Assembly: GCA_036676395.1 (NCBI GenBank)
Contig: JAKFCY010000003.1
Coordinates: 160,001 to 224,000 of the forward strand
Reading direction: 5' to 3'
Origin: Bdellovibrio sp.
GTDB taxonomy: Bacteria > Bdellovibrionota > Bdellovibrionia > Bdellovibrionales > Bdellovibrionaceae
Length of the DNA: 64,000 bases
This document shows positions 9,745 to 20,423 of the stretch, piece by piece. Each line of letters starts with the position of its first letter. Position 1 is the stretch's first letter. A program made the translations under genes and the position numbers. The notes below the pieces were generated by a model. That model saw nothing but the letters and a program-made list of their open reading frames with translations, did not search any database and was not told the origin of the DNA.

Positions 9745-11010
9745 TTAAAATATCTCGTTTAATTTGTTCTCTAGAGTTTGGAAGATAAAGCCTTCCATCA
9801 CTTCGTTTTCTAATTTATAAACTAATTCTTTGGCAAAACCGTGCGCTATCATCTGCACAGCTTGTTTTTCACTGATACCACGGCTTAAGAAATAAAAAAT
9901 TTCATCTTTATTTAATTGGCCTACAGTTGATCCATGCCCGGCTTTAACGTCATCAGCATAAATTTCTAACTGCGGAATACTTGTCGCTTGCGCGGCTTTT
10001 GAAATCAGTAAGTTATTATTTAATTGCTCAGAGTTCGCTTTTTGCGCGTCTTGTTCGATACGCACGCGACCACGAAATACTGACTGAGATTTATCAGTTA
10101 AGATTGATTTGTAGTGCTGAGATGAATTGTTATGACCGATTTTATGGTGAATATATGTGTAATGGTCACAATGTTGTTGATCAGCTAATAATGTTAAACC
10201 AAATACACCGGCATAAGCATTTTCAGAATTAAATTCAGTCGCCAAATAATGACGCGAAGTTTTTGCGCCTATGGCTAAATCTAAACTAGTTAATTGGCTA
10301 TCTTGTGCTAATGAAAACTGAATACGGCCAAAAACAAAATCATTGTTATTCGCATTTTGTAAATTCGCAAACTTGACCTTTGCTGCACGACCCAGATTAA
10401 CTTGTAAATCATTGTTAAAGGCATGGGTTTGATTCACCTGCGATGTTAGGCCCAAAGTTTGCTGAATTAATTTTAACTCGCACTGCTCAGCAATGTTTAC
10501 TTCAATCATTGGCTGAACCAATGTGGCTTGTTTTGCAGAAACCACATGAACGATTTGTAAGGGTTTATCTAATTGTGATTTTTTATCAATCGTGATGACC
10601 ACTTTTTGAAAGCCAAAACCACGCGATAAATTAACTAGTTTTAATTCAGGCATATCGTTAGCGACTGTAAAATCTTTTTCTTCAAGATCTATAAGACTAA
10701 TTGGCACATCTGAATCAGATAATGTTTTATTTAAAAAACCATTCACAAAAACTAAATTGTAAAAATCAGAAGATAACTGTTTAGAAACATAAACCATTTC
10801 ATCATGGCTTAACATTGATTCTTCTAAAGCGATGTTCCAATCAATAGCTTTAGCATCTGATAAAGAAGTGAATTTCCAAGCTTCTTCTTTTTTGGTCGGA
10901 AAACCTTGGCTTGCAAATGCTTCGAATGACTTTTCGCGAAGCCCGGCAGCCTTTAGACTTTCTAAAGGGTATCTTAATTTAAATTGGTTATAGGTATTTT
11001 GATCTAACAT
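9745..11010 (-). CDS. sufD: Fe-S assembly protein SufD
   Basis: EAWKFT, PQLEIYADDVKAGHGSTVG, FYFLSRGI. Confidence 0.95.
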   Translation of the reverse strand: MLDQNTYNQFKLRYPLESLKAAGLREKSFEAFASQGFPTKKEEAWKFTSLSDAKAIDWNIALEESMLSHDEMVYVSKQLSSDFYNLVFVNGFLNKTLSDSDVPISLIDLEEKDFTVANDMPELKLVNLSRGFGFQKVVITIDKKSQLDKPLQIVHVVSAKQATLVQPMIEVNIAEQCELKLIQQTLGLTSQVNQTHAFNNDLQVNLGRAAKVKFANLQNANNNDFVFGRIQFSLAQDSQLTSLDLAIGAKTSRHYLATEFNSENAYAGVFGLTLLADQQHCDHYTYIHHKIGHNNSSQHYKSILTDKSQSVFRGRVRIEQDAQKANSEQLNNNLLISKAAQATSIPQLEIYADDVKAGHGSTVGQLNKDEIFYFLSRGISEKQAVQMIAHGFAKELVYKLENEVMEGFIFQTLENKLNEIF

Positions 11011-11759
11011 TATACCAACCAGTCGTAGCCTTTTTTCTCTAGTTCATGGGCTAAAGTAGCATCACCTGTTTGGATGATTTTACCGTCAGCAAGTACATGA
11101 ACAAAGTCAGGCTTAATGTAATCTAATAGTCTTTGGTAATGCGTAACTAAAATGATCGCTTTATCTTTTGAACGAAGTTTATTAACACCTTCAGCAACGA
11201 TTCTTAAAGCATCGATATCAAGACCAGAATCAGTTTCATCAAGAACAGCTAAACGTGGTGATAACACTGCCATTTGCAGAATTTCATTACGCTTTTTCTC
11301 GCCACCAGAAAAACCAACGTTTACAGGACGCTCTAAGTATTCAGGCTTCATGCTTACTAATTTCATTTTTTGATATAAAAATTCTCTGAAATCACCTTCA
11401 GTCATCGCGTCAGAGCCTTGGTGTTCTAATACAGAATTAAAAGCCGTGTGCAAGAAAGTAAAATTACTTACTCCTGGCACTTCAACCGGATATTGAAAAC
11501 CTAAAAAGATGCCTTCTTTAGCGCGCACATCCGGAGTTAGCTCTAGAAGGTTTTGCATCTTAAAATTAATATCATATTTAATTTCACCAGAAGTGATTTC
11601 ATACGCAGGGTGTCCGGCTAAGATTTTTGCTAATGTCGATTTACCGGCGCCGTTTGGCCCCATGATCGCATGCACTTCACCTGGTTTAACTGTTAGGTTT
11701 AAACCTTTTAGAATCTCTTTATCATCAATTTTAGCTTTTAAATTTTTAATTTCTAACAT
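11010..11759 (-). CDS. sufC: Fe-S assembly ATPase SufC
   Basis: GPNGAGKST, FQYPVEVPGV, GFSGGEKKRNE, LDETDSGLDID. Confidence 0.97.
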   Translation of the reverse strand: MLEIKNLKAKIDDKEILKGLNLTVKPGEVHAIMGPNGAGKSTLAKILAGHPAYEITSGEIKYDINFKMQNLLELTPDVRAKEGIFLGFQYPVEVPGVSNFTFLHTAFNSVLEHQGSDAMTEGDFREFLYQKMKLVSMKPEYLERPVNVGFSGGEKKRNEILQMAVLSPRLAVLDETDSGLDIDALRIVAEGVNKLRSKDKAIILVTHYQRLLDYIKPDFVHVLADGKIIQTGDATLAHELEKKGYDWLV

Positions 11760-11764
11760 CTTTA

Positions 11765-13201
11765 CTACCCTACGCTATTTTCTAATTTCATTTCGATTAA
11801 CTTAACGGCTTCGACCGAGAACTCTAGAGGTAATTCTTTGAAAACCTCTTTACAGAAACCATTCACCAGCATGGAAATAGATTTTTCTGTATTTAACCCA
11901 CGTGATTGTAAATAGAAGAGCTGATCTTCTGAAATACGTGAAGTCGTCGCCTCATGCTCAAGAACTGCGGTATTATTTTTTACTTCAATATACGGAAACG
12001 TATGCGCACTAGATCTATCACCCACAAGCATAGAATCACATTGTGAATAATTACGCGCATTTTCTGCTGACGGCATGATTTTCACAAGTCCGCGGTAAGC
12101 ATTTGATGACTGCCCTGCTGAAATCCCTTTAGAGATAATCGTGCTTTTTGTATTTTTACCGATATGGATCATTTTAGTTCCGGTATCAGCCTGCATATAA
12201 TCATGAGTTAAAGCGACACTGTAAAATGCGCCCTCAGAGTTATCTCCTTTTAAAATTACCGAAGGATACTTCCAGGTAATGGCTGAACCGGATTCAACCT
12301 GTGTCCAAGAAATTTTAGAATTCTTACCTTGGCAGATACCACGCTTAGTTACGAAATTATAAATTCCGCCTTTGCCTTCTTTATCGCCGGTGTACCAGTT
12401 TTGCACAGTTGAATATTTGATTTCAGCATTATCCAATGCAACAAGCTCAACAATTGCCGAGTGCAGCTGGTTTTCATCACGCTGAGGCGCTGTACAGCCT
12501 TCAAGATAATTTACGAAACTGCCCTCGTCAGCCACGATCAATGTTCTTTCGAACTGACCGGTTTCTTTAGCATTGATACGAAAGTACGTCGATAAATCGA
12601 CCGGACAACGAACACCTTTTGGAATGTACACGAAACTGCCGTCAGAAAATACAGCTGCATTTAATGCTGCATAGTAATTATCTGTAAACGGAACTACTGA
12701 TCCAAAATATTTTTCTACCAGTTCAGGATATTTTTTAATAGCTTCAGAAATTGAACAAAAAATAACTCCAACTTTTTCTAAGTCTTCGTTATGAGTCGTT
12801 GCGATACTGACAGAGTCAAAGACCACATCCATCGCCACACCCGAGATACGTTTTTGTTCTTGTAGCGGAATCCCTAAACGTTCAAACGTTTTAAGTAATT
12901 CTGGATCAATTTCATCCATCGATTTTTTAGCATCAATTTTTTTCTTTGGGGCTGCGTAATAAGTTAAATCCTGAAAATCAATCGGCGGATATTTAACTTG
13001 TGCCCATTTATTTTCACTCTGTGCAGGTTCGGTCAAAGTTAACCAATGACGGTAGGCCTTTAAGCGGTAATTTAATACCCACTCAGGCTCTTCTTTTTTG
13101 GCAGAGATTAAACGTAAGATATCTTCAGAAAGACCTTTAGGAACAGTCTCCATTTCGATATCGGTGGTAAAGCCATATTTATATTCATAAGAATCAGACA
13201 T
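11765..13201 (-). CDS. sufB: Fe-S assembly protein SufB
   Basis: [33 protein letters not shown] 13201 with GAGG RBS. Confidence 0.97.
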   Translation of the reverse strand: MSDSYEYKYGFTTDIEMETVPKGLSEDILRLISAKKEEPEWVLNYRLKAYRHWLTLTEPAQSENKWAQVKYPPIDFQDLTYYAAPKKKIDAKKSMDEIDPELLKTFERLGIPLQEQKRISGVAMDVVFDSVSIATTHNEDLEKVGVIFCSISEAIKKYPELVEKYFGSVVPFTDNYYAALNAAVFSDGSFVYIPKGVRCPVDLSTYFRINAKETGQFERTLIVADEGSFVNYLEGCTAPQRDENQLHSAIVELVALDNAEIKYSTVQNWYTGDKEGKGGIYNFVTKRGICQGKNSKISWTQVESGSAITWKYPSVILKGDNSEGAFYSVALTHDYMQADTGTKMIHIGKNTKSTIISKGISAGQSSNAYRGLVKIMPSAENARNYSQCDSMLVGDRSSAHTFPYIEVKNNTAVLEHEATTSRISEDQLFYLQSRGLNTEKSISMLVNGFCKEVFKELPLEFSVEAVKLIEMKLENSVG

Positions 13202-13592
13202 GGAAGACCTCTTCAATAGAAATAGATTTATAAAAATCTTGAACTTTTTTATTCAAATTTTCGACAGGTGTTACGATCGTACATTTTTTTAAAAGATCAC
13301 ACTCTTTATCAGATAGGCATTTTGCAAGACCAGTCGAACCATCAACGATATTCACTAATTCATAAACAGAAACTTTTGATAAATCTTTAATTAGGCGATA
13401 GCCACCATGTAAACCATATTCGGCTTTTAAAATTCCATGCGAGCTTAACGTTTGTAAAACACGTGCTGTGACTTCAGCCGGTGCGTGTGTTGCCTCTGCG
13501 ATATCTTTGGCGGATACAGTTGTATCATCACCTTCAGAAAAATGTTTTAACGCCATCAAAGCGTATTCAACTTTTTTGTTTAGTTTGCTCAT
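13194..13592 (-). CDS. Rrf2-family (IscR-like) transcriptional regulator
   Basis: Winged HTH (YAL, GGYRL), three Cys [13 protein letters not shown]; first gene of suf operon. Confidence 0.9.
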   Translation of the reverse strand: MSKLNKKVEYALMALKHFSEGDDTTVSAKDIAEATHAPAEVTARVLQTLSSHGILKAEYGLHGGYRLIKDLSKVSVYELVNIVDGSTGLAKCLSDKECDLLKKCTIVTPVENLNKKVQDFYKSISIEEVFHV

Positions 13593-13620
13593 CTATTATT
13601 TACCCACATTTGCCTAAAGG

Positions 13621-13635
13621 CGACAAATTTAGTCG
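13621..13635. promoter_or_regulatory. Putative Rrf2 operator 1 (CGAC-N7-GTCG)
   Basis: Palindrome CGACAAATTTAGTCG upstream of the Rrf2/suf operon; resembles IscR type-1 site core. Confidence 0.5.
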
Positions 13636-13688
13636 TATATATTTAAGGCCATTTATACGCCGTTTTAGATGAAAGGCAATTGAAAATC

Positions 13689-13703
13689 CGATCTTTTTTG
13701 TCG
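13689..13703. promoter_or_regulatory. Putative Rrf2 operator 2
   Basis: CGATCTTTTTTGTCG, second degenerate copy, also followed by TA. Confidence 0.4.
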
Positions 13704-13822
13704 TACATTCAAGGGCTCAAATTCAATTAAACAGCCCTAGAGTTACATTGTAGCATAAATACCGCAGTTTGCTGGGGTTTTTGTCACTAGAAGCCGTCTA
13801 AATCGCGTGCTAGGTTATTCGC

Positions 13823-15055
13823 ATGGTAAGGCTCTGTTTATATCTAATTACCTGTTTGTTTTTCGCAAGCTGCGCCAATAAAACTCTTATTCGCGACAGT
13901 GAATACCAACCTGTTTATTCAACTTTAGAAAAAAATTATCCTGATGAAGCGCTGTTAGTATTTCCGCAAAAAGAAGAAAATGGATTTATCACAACTTTTG
14001 AAAAAGCATGGATCAAATTTTGGGGCGGAGAAAAGTTTTCTGAAACTGATATTAAAAAAGTGCAGGCCCTTTCTGATCAAATCGAAAAAAGAAAATTTGT
14101 CAGCATTAGTTATGAAGCTTCAGTGTTTTTAGTTGGCGAAAGTGAGGATGGCTACATTCCATCTGAACATGAAATTATCTCACTTCATCTATTTCTAGCG
14201 ATGTTATATTTAGACCAAAATAAAACCGATTCGGCACATGTTGAACTTAAACGTGCCGTCGAGTACCTGGCTAATAATCCTGAGGGTAAAGAAACAACTT
14301 TTGACGATGCTGCAGTTAGAGTTTGGCTTGCAAGCTTATGGGAAGCCATTGGCGATCGCAATGCATCTGATGTAGATTTGCGCAAGGCAATGGAACTTTC
14401 AGGAAATAAATCTATCGAAAAATTAATTAAACCACACAAGCGTAAGATTCGACTTTTGATGAGTGGATTAGGACCTCGAACAAACTGGTCAAGCAGCGGA
14501 CAAACCTTTTACTTTGAATATAAATTAAAACCTGAATCGACTTCAGAAAATGATTTTATTTTTTCAACCCGCAATTGGTACGAATGGCATCAAAGCCGTA
14601 ATACAAAAATTCGTGAACGCTTATTATCAAGCCACTACATGGCAAATTCTTTAGGCCATAAGACATCGCGAGTAACACAAAAAACTGCGGGCTTAGCCTT
14701 TACTGGAGCAATGTACACAGCAGCCGTGGGTGTTTTTTTGGGAGGCCTTTATCTGGCCGCCCAATACGGCGGAGTTGATCCTGAGAGTATTGTCTATTTA
14801 GCAGCGGGCTTGGCAACTGCGATTGTTGGTTTAGCTGAAGATCTGCGTATAAGTGTCGATAAAAAAATTGAAGCCTCGAAATCAAATGAAGCTGAAAATC
14901 TTAAAGTTTACCGCAGGATTCGCTTCTTACCGAGCCAAATTCAGTACATTGATGAAAACTTAGCCACAGCTTCTAAAAACAAAACCTATAAAGGTTTTCG
15001 TAAATTGTTAGGCACAGGTCATAATCAGGTTGAGTTTATCTGGAACCCTGAATAG
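13823..15055 (+). CDS. Hypothetical lipoprotein (TPR-like helical N-half, C-terminal hydrophobic hairpin)
   Basis: FASC lipobox; Y.P..HE...L..FLA..YL...A.VEL.R pattern reminiscent of COG3014-type lipoproteins. Confidence 0.7.
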   Translation: MVRLCLYLITCLFFASCANKTLIRDSEYQPVYSTLEKNYPDEALLVFPQKEENGFITTFEKAWIKFWGGEKFSETDIKKVQALSDQIEKRKFVSISYEASVFLVGESEDGYIPSEHEIISLHLFLAMLYLDQNKTDSAHVELKRAVEYLANNPEGKETTFDDAAVRVWLASLWEAIGDRNASDVDLRKAMELSGNKSIEKLIKPHKRKIRLLMSGLGPRTNWSSSGQTFYFEYKLKPESTSENDFIFSTRNWYEWHQSRNTKIRERLLSSHYMANSLGHKTSRVTQKTAGLAFTGAMYTAAVGVFLGGLYLAAQYGGVDPESIVYLAAGLATAIVGLAEDLRISVDKKIEASKSNEAENLKVYRRIRFLPSQIQYIDENLATASKNKTYKGFRKLLGTGHNQVEFIWNPE

Positions 15056-15066
15056 ATTGAGTTCAA

Positions 15067-15831
15067 ATGAGAGTTATTCAAGCTATCTTAATATCGTTAT
15101 TCGTCAGCGCCATCGTATTTTTCACAATTAAATTTTGGGGCTTAGGCGTACCTTACGCGGATTATAAACATCCGTTTACTGAAACAACTGAAATTTTAAT
15201 TTTCAAAAAACCAACGTTTGCAAATGTTGATCAAGCAATTCTTACGACAACTGACAATTTGTATTTAGATGTGGCGAACACCCGAGATCAAAAGCTGGTG
15301 ATCATTGCGACAAATAACGATCAATCTATGGATCACACTAAAGACATCCGTAATAAACAGTATGTTGAAGTTGAAAAAGATGTTTTGTTATTAGAAAAAT
15401 ATAAAGACCATTTAAAAAACAGAAGAATTATTTTTAACATCAATGAAAATGCCATCGGTGGGCATCTGATTTTTACAGATCATGTTAAATCGTTAGGTTT
15501 AGAAAAAGGCGATAACATTTTAATTACGACCCCGTATGAAACATTATCAAAAACAATCAAAGAAATCTTACCCACTTTTATTTACGGAACAACGGCTCCT
15601 GAAATTCTAAAACTAAAAGCTATGGAATCTTTAAATCTAATCGAAGCTGCCACTATGCGTGCAGATGTTTTGATTTATCCTTTAACCTATTACAAACAGC
15701 CCTTTTACACTGACAAATTACAGGCTGAACTTAAACGTCGGTTTAAAAGAATTATCATTGGGCCAATCCCAGCCAGTGATGTTGAAGAAGCAAAAAAATT
15801 AAATCCACTGGGCATTGTTATCCAAGAATAA
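15067..15831 (+). CDS. Membrane-anchored hypothetical protein, possibly degenerate glycerophosphodiester phosphodiesterase fold
   Basis: N-terminal TM; LDVANTRDQKLVI resembles the GDPD ExDV.tkDg.lvv segment but catalytic His residues are not evident. Confidence 0.5.
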   Translation: MRVIQAILISLFVSAIVFFTIKFWGLGVPYADYKHPFTETTEILIFKKPTFANVDQAILTTTDNLYLDVANTRDQKLVIIATNNDQSMDHTKDIRNKQYVEVEKDVLLLEKYKDHLKNRRIIFNINENAIGGHLIFTDHVKSLGLEKGDNILITTPYETLSKTIKEILPTFIYGTTAPEILKLKAMESLNLIEAATMRADVLIYPLTYYKQPFYTDKLQAELKRRFKRIIIGPIPASDVEEAKKLNPLGIVIQE

Positions 15832-15832
15832 T

Positions 15833-16969
15833 TTAGTCGACGCAACGATTTTGCGTATGACGGCGAACCAAGTCGCGGGCTTCGGCCATATTAGCCATAT
15901 ACGGTTGATTTTGAATAATCGCGTATTCCATAAAACTTAATTTTTTAATTTTACTTTTCTTTAATTGTTCGCGCATAGCTGGCTCTCGGCGCATTGATGA
16001 ACGAATCTCACTTAAATTTTGATAGGTGACAAAGTCTGATGATTTAACTATTTGGCCTGCCAATTTGCGATTCTTATAATAACCATCAATCAAACGTAAC
16101 GTGCCTGTTACACCGCGGTTATAAGCGAAATACACAAACTGTTCGATCATTTGCGGAGTTAAGATAGGTTCAATTTCTGGTCGCTGCTTTACAAGCTGCT
16201 GTTTAAAAAACATTTGATCACGTAGCGCATGCAAATAATGTAATAAAAATCCACGATATGGATTTTGTGGCAACGACATCATCGAACAGCGTTTGTTAAC
16301 CTGAAACGCATCTACATCCAACTTACCAATAGTGCTTGCAATGCGCTGGCAGCTAGAGCTGTTGCTTTCTAAAAGCACGCGACGTGTTCTTTCAACAAGA
16401 TCACGTTCAGTTACGCGCAACATGCCATTTTTTGTAAACTGGGCGACACCCGCATCGAAGCCTGTGCGATTGATCGCGTTCACATGAAAACCACTTTCGA
16501 TCATGATTTGCAGAAATGAACTTTTCGGATCTAAATTAAAACAATCTTTTACATCATGATAGGCGTTGTAAACTAAACGCGTGTAATTTTCACTTAAACA
16601 AGGGCGAGGCGCACCGACTTTTGGTTTTTCATCTTCGTTACTACAGTAAGCAAAACTGCCGTTGAAGTTTTTCTGCGCAAATTGAATACACTGAATTGGA
16701 AGTTTTTTATCCCATTCATCACTATGGTCTTCGTAATATTCAGTGGGCATTCGTAAAATTTGATCTTCTAGGTAAAGTTTACTGCGCGAGTGACAAATTT
16801 CGAACTCGGGTTGTTTTGCTGAAGGTTGTGTAACTTTAGTAGCTTTTGGCAATGGAACTGAGCTCGGCAAACGATCTACAGTTTTCTGAACACACTGAAT
16901 CAAAAAAAATGAACTCAATAACAGAAAAATTAATATCTGATTCGAGTTGCGTGTGCCTTTAAACTTCAC
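15833..16969 (-). CDS. Exported SLT-domain lytic transglycosylase
   Basis: MIESGF (catalytic Glu), GVAQFT, FAYNRG motifs; signal/lipoprotein-like N-terminus; start uncertain. Confidence 0.75.
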   Translation of the reverse strand: MKFKGTRNSNQILIFLLLSSFFLIQCVQKTVDRLPSSVPLPKATKVTQPSAKQPEFEICHSRSKLYLEDQILRMPTEYYEDHSDEWDKKLPIQCIQFAQKNFNGSFAYCSNEDEKPKVGAPRPCLSENYTRLVYNAYHDVKDCFNLDPKSSFLQIMIESGFHVNAINRTGFDAGVAQFTKNGMLRVTERDLVERTRRVLLESNSSSCQRIASTIGKLDVDAFQVNKRCSMMSLPQNPYRGFLLHYLHALRDQMFFKQQLVKQRPEIEPILTPQMIEQFVYFAYNRGVTGTLRLIDGYYKNRKLAGQIVKSSDFVTYQNLSEIRSSMRREPAMREQLKKSKIKKLSFMEYAIIQNQPYMANMAEARDLVRRHTQNRCVD

Positions 16970-16975
16970 TAAAAT
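16947..16975 (+). promoter_or_regulatory. sigma70 promoter of tolQ (probably leaderless)
   Basis: TTGCGT-17 nt-TAAAAT, 6 nt before ATG 16982. Confidence 0.6.
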
Positions 16976-16981
16976 ATCCTC

Positions 16982-17773
16982 ATGAAAAAAATCAATTCTT
17001 TACTCTTCATCAGTGTATCACTTTTTTTATGTCTTGAAACGGCTATGGCACAAACTCAGGCCTCGACAAACGTCGCGGTTAAGATGGGTGCACTTGAATC
17101 CATCATGCACGCTAGCCTTATCGTACAAGCGGTGATCATGATTTTAATTTCACTTTCAATTATGTGCTGGGGAATTGCCTGGAACAAATATCAAGACCTT
17201 AAGCAAGTACAAACAGCTAATAAAGCGTTTGATAACTTATTCTGGAAAACAAGTTCATTGGATGAACTGCACGAAAAAATAGAAGCTTTCAAAGATTCAT
17301 CGCATGCGCGTGTATTTAAGGCGGCTTACGCTGAAATGAAAAAAATTGCTGAATCCCCAATGTTAAACAAAAACATTAATAGCGAAACTGAACCACCATT
17401 ATTAGCAGGTTTAGATAATTTAGATCGCGCGATGAGAAAAGCGATTGAAAATGAAGTTTCAGCTTTAGAGTCACGTTTAATAGTATTGGCGTCGACTGGT
17501 TCAACTGGCCCGTTCATCGGATTATTCGGAACCGTTTGGGGGATTATGAATTCATTTCAAATGATTGGCCAAACCGGCAATGCAAGTCTTGCGGCTGTAG
17601 CCCCGGGCATTTCAGAAGCCTTAATCACAACGGCGATCGGCCTGGCCGCGGCGATTCCGGCAGTAATGATGTATAATCACTTTATTACCGAAATCAAACG
17701 TGAAGAATCACAATTAAATAATTTCAGTTCAGATTTTTTAAACATCGTAAAACGCAATTTCTTTAGAGGTTAA
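16982..17773 (+). CDS. tolQ: TolQ (MotA/TolQ/ExbB proton channel)
   Basis: STGPFIGLFGTVWGIM, VAPGISEALITTAIGL. Confidence 0.93.
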   Translation: MKKINSLLFISVSLFLCLETAMAQTQASTNVAVKMGALESIMHASLIVQAVIMILISLSIMCWGIAWNKYQDLKQVQTANKAFDNLFWKTSSLDELHEKIEAFKDSSHARVFKAAYAEMKKIAESPMLNKNINSETEPPLLAGLDNLDRAMRKAIENEVSALESRLIVLASTGSTGPFIGLFGTVWGIMNSFQMIGQTGNASLAAVAPGISEALITTAIGLAAAIPAVMMYNHFITEIKREESQLNNFSSDFLNIVKRNFFRG

Positions 17774-17778
17774 TCACT

Positions 17779-18195
17779 ATGGGAATGAGTAGCGGCGGAA
17801 ATAAAAATTCAAAAATGGCGATGAGTGAAATCAACGTCACGCCATTTGTGGACGTGATGTTGGTGTTACTAGTGATCTTTATGGTTACGGCACCCATGAT
17901 GCAACAAGGAATTGATGTGAATCTGCCAAAGACATCATCTGCTGGTGTTGAATTAAACGAAGATCCTTTTGTATTAGTGATTGATGTGGCTGGCAAAATT
18001 AAAATTGCCGGCACGACAGTAGGTATGGATACTTTAAAAACAAAATTAAAAGCTATTTTTGAAAATAAAAAAAATAAACAGATCTACATTCAAGCCGATA
18101 AAAAAGTTGATTACGGTATTGTCGCTGAGGTGATGGGCGAAGCTCGCGCTGCAGGAATTTACAATCTTAGTCTAATCACGATCCCTAAGGAGTAG
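17779..18195 (+). CDS. tolR: TolR (ExbD/TolR)
   Basis: EINVTPFVDVMLVLLVIFMVTAP; IQADKKVDYG. Confidence 0.93.
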   Translation: MGMSSGGNKNSKMAMSEINVTPFVDVMLVLLVIFMVTAPMMQQGIDVNLPKTSSAGVELNEDPFVLVIDVAGKIKIAGTTVGMDTLKTKLKAIFENKKNKQIYIQADKKVDYGIVAEVMGEARAAGIYNLSLITIPKE

Positions 18196-18199
18196 TTTT

Positions 18200-18988
18200 T
18201 TGGTTTTAAGTCGCGGAACTACCTTTTCATTAATCGCACACGGCACGTTGTTCTTGGCAATAGTCATCAATGTATCGTTTTTTAACAAGCCCAGGTTAGA
18301 CCTGTCTGAAGCGATTCGCGTTGATATGGTAGGCTTACCTGAAAAATATAATCCCGCACAAAAATCGACTGACCTGCCAGAAAAAATCGAAAAACCAGTC
18401 GAGCCCGTCGTTGAAGAAAAAAAACCAGAACCTAAAGTTGAACCCAAAGTAGAGGCCAAGCCTGAAGCGAAACCCGAGCCTAAAGCAGAAACGAAGCTTG
18501 ATCCAAAAGCCAAACCAGAGCCCGATGCGGTTAAATTGGATAAAGCTAAACAAAAACAAAAAGCCGCTTTAGAAAAATTAAAAAAACTTTCAGCAATAGA
18601 TAAAATCCGCCAGCAAGTTCAAAACGAAAAAACGGCTGCTGCGACGGCCAAAATTTTAAAAGGCCGCGTAATCACAAGAGGCACTGCTTTAACAGGTCTT
18701 GATCGCATTCAGTCTGATAATTATACCGGGCAATTAGATGCTTTAATTAAATCACACTGGGCCTTGCCACAATGGCTGATTGGCAAACAGCTAAAAACAA
18801 AAGTCTTAGTTAAGATCGAACCCGATGGTCGTGTTAGCGACAAAAAAGTCGTGCAATCATCTGGAAACCCTACTTATGATGATTACTGCTTACAAGCTGT
18901 AACGAAAGCCTCACCGTTTCCGAAAGTACCGGATAAATTTACCGAAATTTACGCAGAAGATGGTGTGATCTTTGGATTTCCAGAATAA
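18200..18988 (+). CDS. tolA: TolA/TonB-type energy transducer
   Basis: TM with S..AH motif, Pro/Glu/Lys-rich linker, TonB-C-like domain (SSGNPTYD); between tolR and tolB. Confidence 0.85.
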   Translation: MVLSRGTTFSLIAHGTLFLAIVINVSFFNKPRLDLSEAIRVDMVGLPEKYNPAQKSTDLPEKIEKPVEPVVEEKKPEPKVEPKVEAKPEAKPEPKAETKLDPKAKPEPDAVKLDKAKQKQKAALEKLKKLSAIDKIRQQVQNEKTAAATAKILKGRVITRGTALTGLDRIQSDNYTGQLDALIKSHWALPQWLIGKQLKTKVLVKIEPDGRVSDKKVVQSSGNPTYDDYCLQAVTKASPFPKVPDKFTEIYAEDGVIFGFPE

Positions 18989-19000
18989 AAAAGGATAACT

Positions 19001-20362
19001 ATGAAAAATTTAGCTTTATTATTTTCAATATTAACTTTCAGTTCAATCAGTTTTGCACAAACTTACATTAAAGTCGGCGATGCCCAGGCTAAAAAAAGTA
19101 ATTTAGCTTTTCCGGTAATGAATCAGCTGAATGCAACTAAAACTGGTAATCACGTAAAACTTGCAGCGCAAGTTCACAGCACAGCATCGAAAGACTTAGA
19201 ACTTTCAACGTATTTCAACATCATGAAGGCTGGGGCCTTTTTAGAAGACACAACGACGACTTCGATTAAATCAAAAACACTTGATGCTAACGGTTTCAAA
19301 TTCGATTCTTGGAAAACAATTGGTGCAGAGTTTTTAATTCGTTCATCATTTGCCTTAGTAGGCGATGAAGTTTCTGTTGAAATGTATTTGTATCACATCG
19401 GCGAAGCTCGCGCGGTAGTAGGAAAAAAATATTCTGCTAAATCCAGCAAAACAGTCGAGCTAGGTCACAGCTTGGCTAACGATGTTCTTGAAGCCTTAAC
19501 CGGCCGTCGTGGCGTATTTTTATCTAAGATTGTAGCTACAACTGATCGCACTGGTTATAAAGAAGTTATCACTATGGATTGGGATGGAAATGATTTTAAG
19601 ACAGTCACTAAAGATCGCAGTGTTGCGATTGCCCCCAATTGGTCACCTGATGGTAAAAAATTATTGTATTCAATCTACACTCGTCGTGTAGGTTCTGCCC
19701 AAATGAATCTAACTTTGTTTCAACATGATTTAAATTCAGGAAAACGTTCAATCATTTCTAATCGTAATGGATTAAATCAAGGTGCAAGTTATTCTCCGGA
19801 TGGAAAAAATATTTATTTAACGATCTCACAAGGTGGATCACCTGATTTATACAAATTAAATCTTAAAGGTGACATCGTAACTCGTTTAACAAAAGGCCCC
19901 GCAGGCGCTATGAACGTCGAAGCTGCAGTTTCTGATGATGGAGCTAAAATTGCTTTCTCATCTGATCGTGGTGGCAACCCTTCAATTTATGTTATGAGTT
20001 CTGATGGCGGCAACGTGAAACGTTTAACGTTTCAGGGTAAATACAATTCAACACCGACTTGGTCTCCTGATGGTAAAAAAATTGCCTTCGCCAGTCAGAT
20101 TGAAAACTATTTTGATATTTTTATAATGGATAGCGATGGCACAAATTTACGCCGTATTACAACAGCCACAAAACCCAACGGTAAGCGCGCCAGCAATGAA
20201 GATCCAAGCTTTTCTCCGGACGGTCGATTTGTAGTTTTTACGAGCAATCGCACTGGCACATTTCAAATTTTTGTAAGCAGCGTTGACGGAAATGAAGAAC
20301 GCCGTGTCACTCACGATTCTTATAACTATTATAAGCCTAAATGGTCGAATAACTTGGAGTAA
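19001..20362 (+). CDS. tolB: TolB beta-propeller protein
   Basis: Signal peptide; repeated PxWSPDG (PD40) motifs. Confidence 0.93.
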   Translation: MKNLALLFSILTFSSISFAQTYIKVGDAQAKKSNLAFPVMNQLNATKTGNHVKLAAQVHSTASKDLELSTYFNIMKAGAFLEDTTTTSIKSKTLDANGFKFDSWKTIGAEFLIRSSFALVGDEVSVEMYLYHIGEARAVVGKKYSAKSSKTVELGHSLANDVLEALTGRRGVFLSKIVATTDRTGYKEVITMDWDGNDFKTVTKDRSVAIAPNWSPDGKKLLYSIYTRRVGSAQMNLTLFQHDLNSGKRSIISNRNGLNQGASYSPDGKNIYLTISQGGSPDLYKLNLKGDIVTRLTKGPAGAMNVEAAVSDDGAKIAFSSDRGGNPSIYVMSSDGGNVKRLTFQGKYNSTPTWSPDGKKIAFASQIENYFDIFIMDSDGTNLRRITTATKPNGKRASNEDPSFSPDGRFVVFTSNRTGTFQIFVSSVDGNEERRVTHDSYNYYKPKWSNNLE

Positions 20363-20423
20363 AAATAAGCACGCTTAATGGGATCTTGACGATCCCTAAG
20401 CCTCGTCAGGTATAAAAACACCT

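Noticed and set aside
18400..18525. Repetitive KPEPK/KPEAK-coding DNA
   Set aside because: Normal Pro/Glu/Lys-rich TolA/TonB linker, not a separate repeat element
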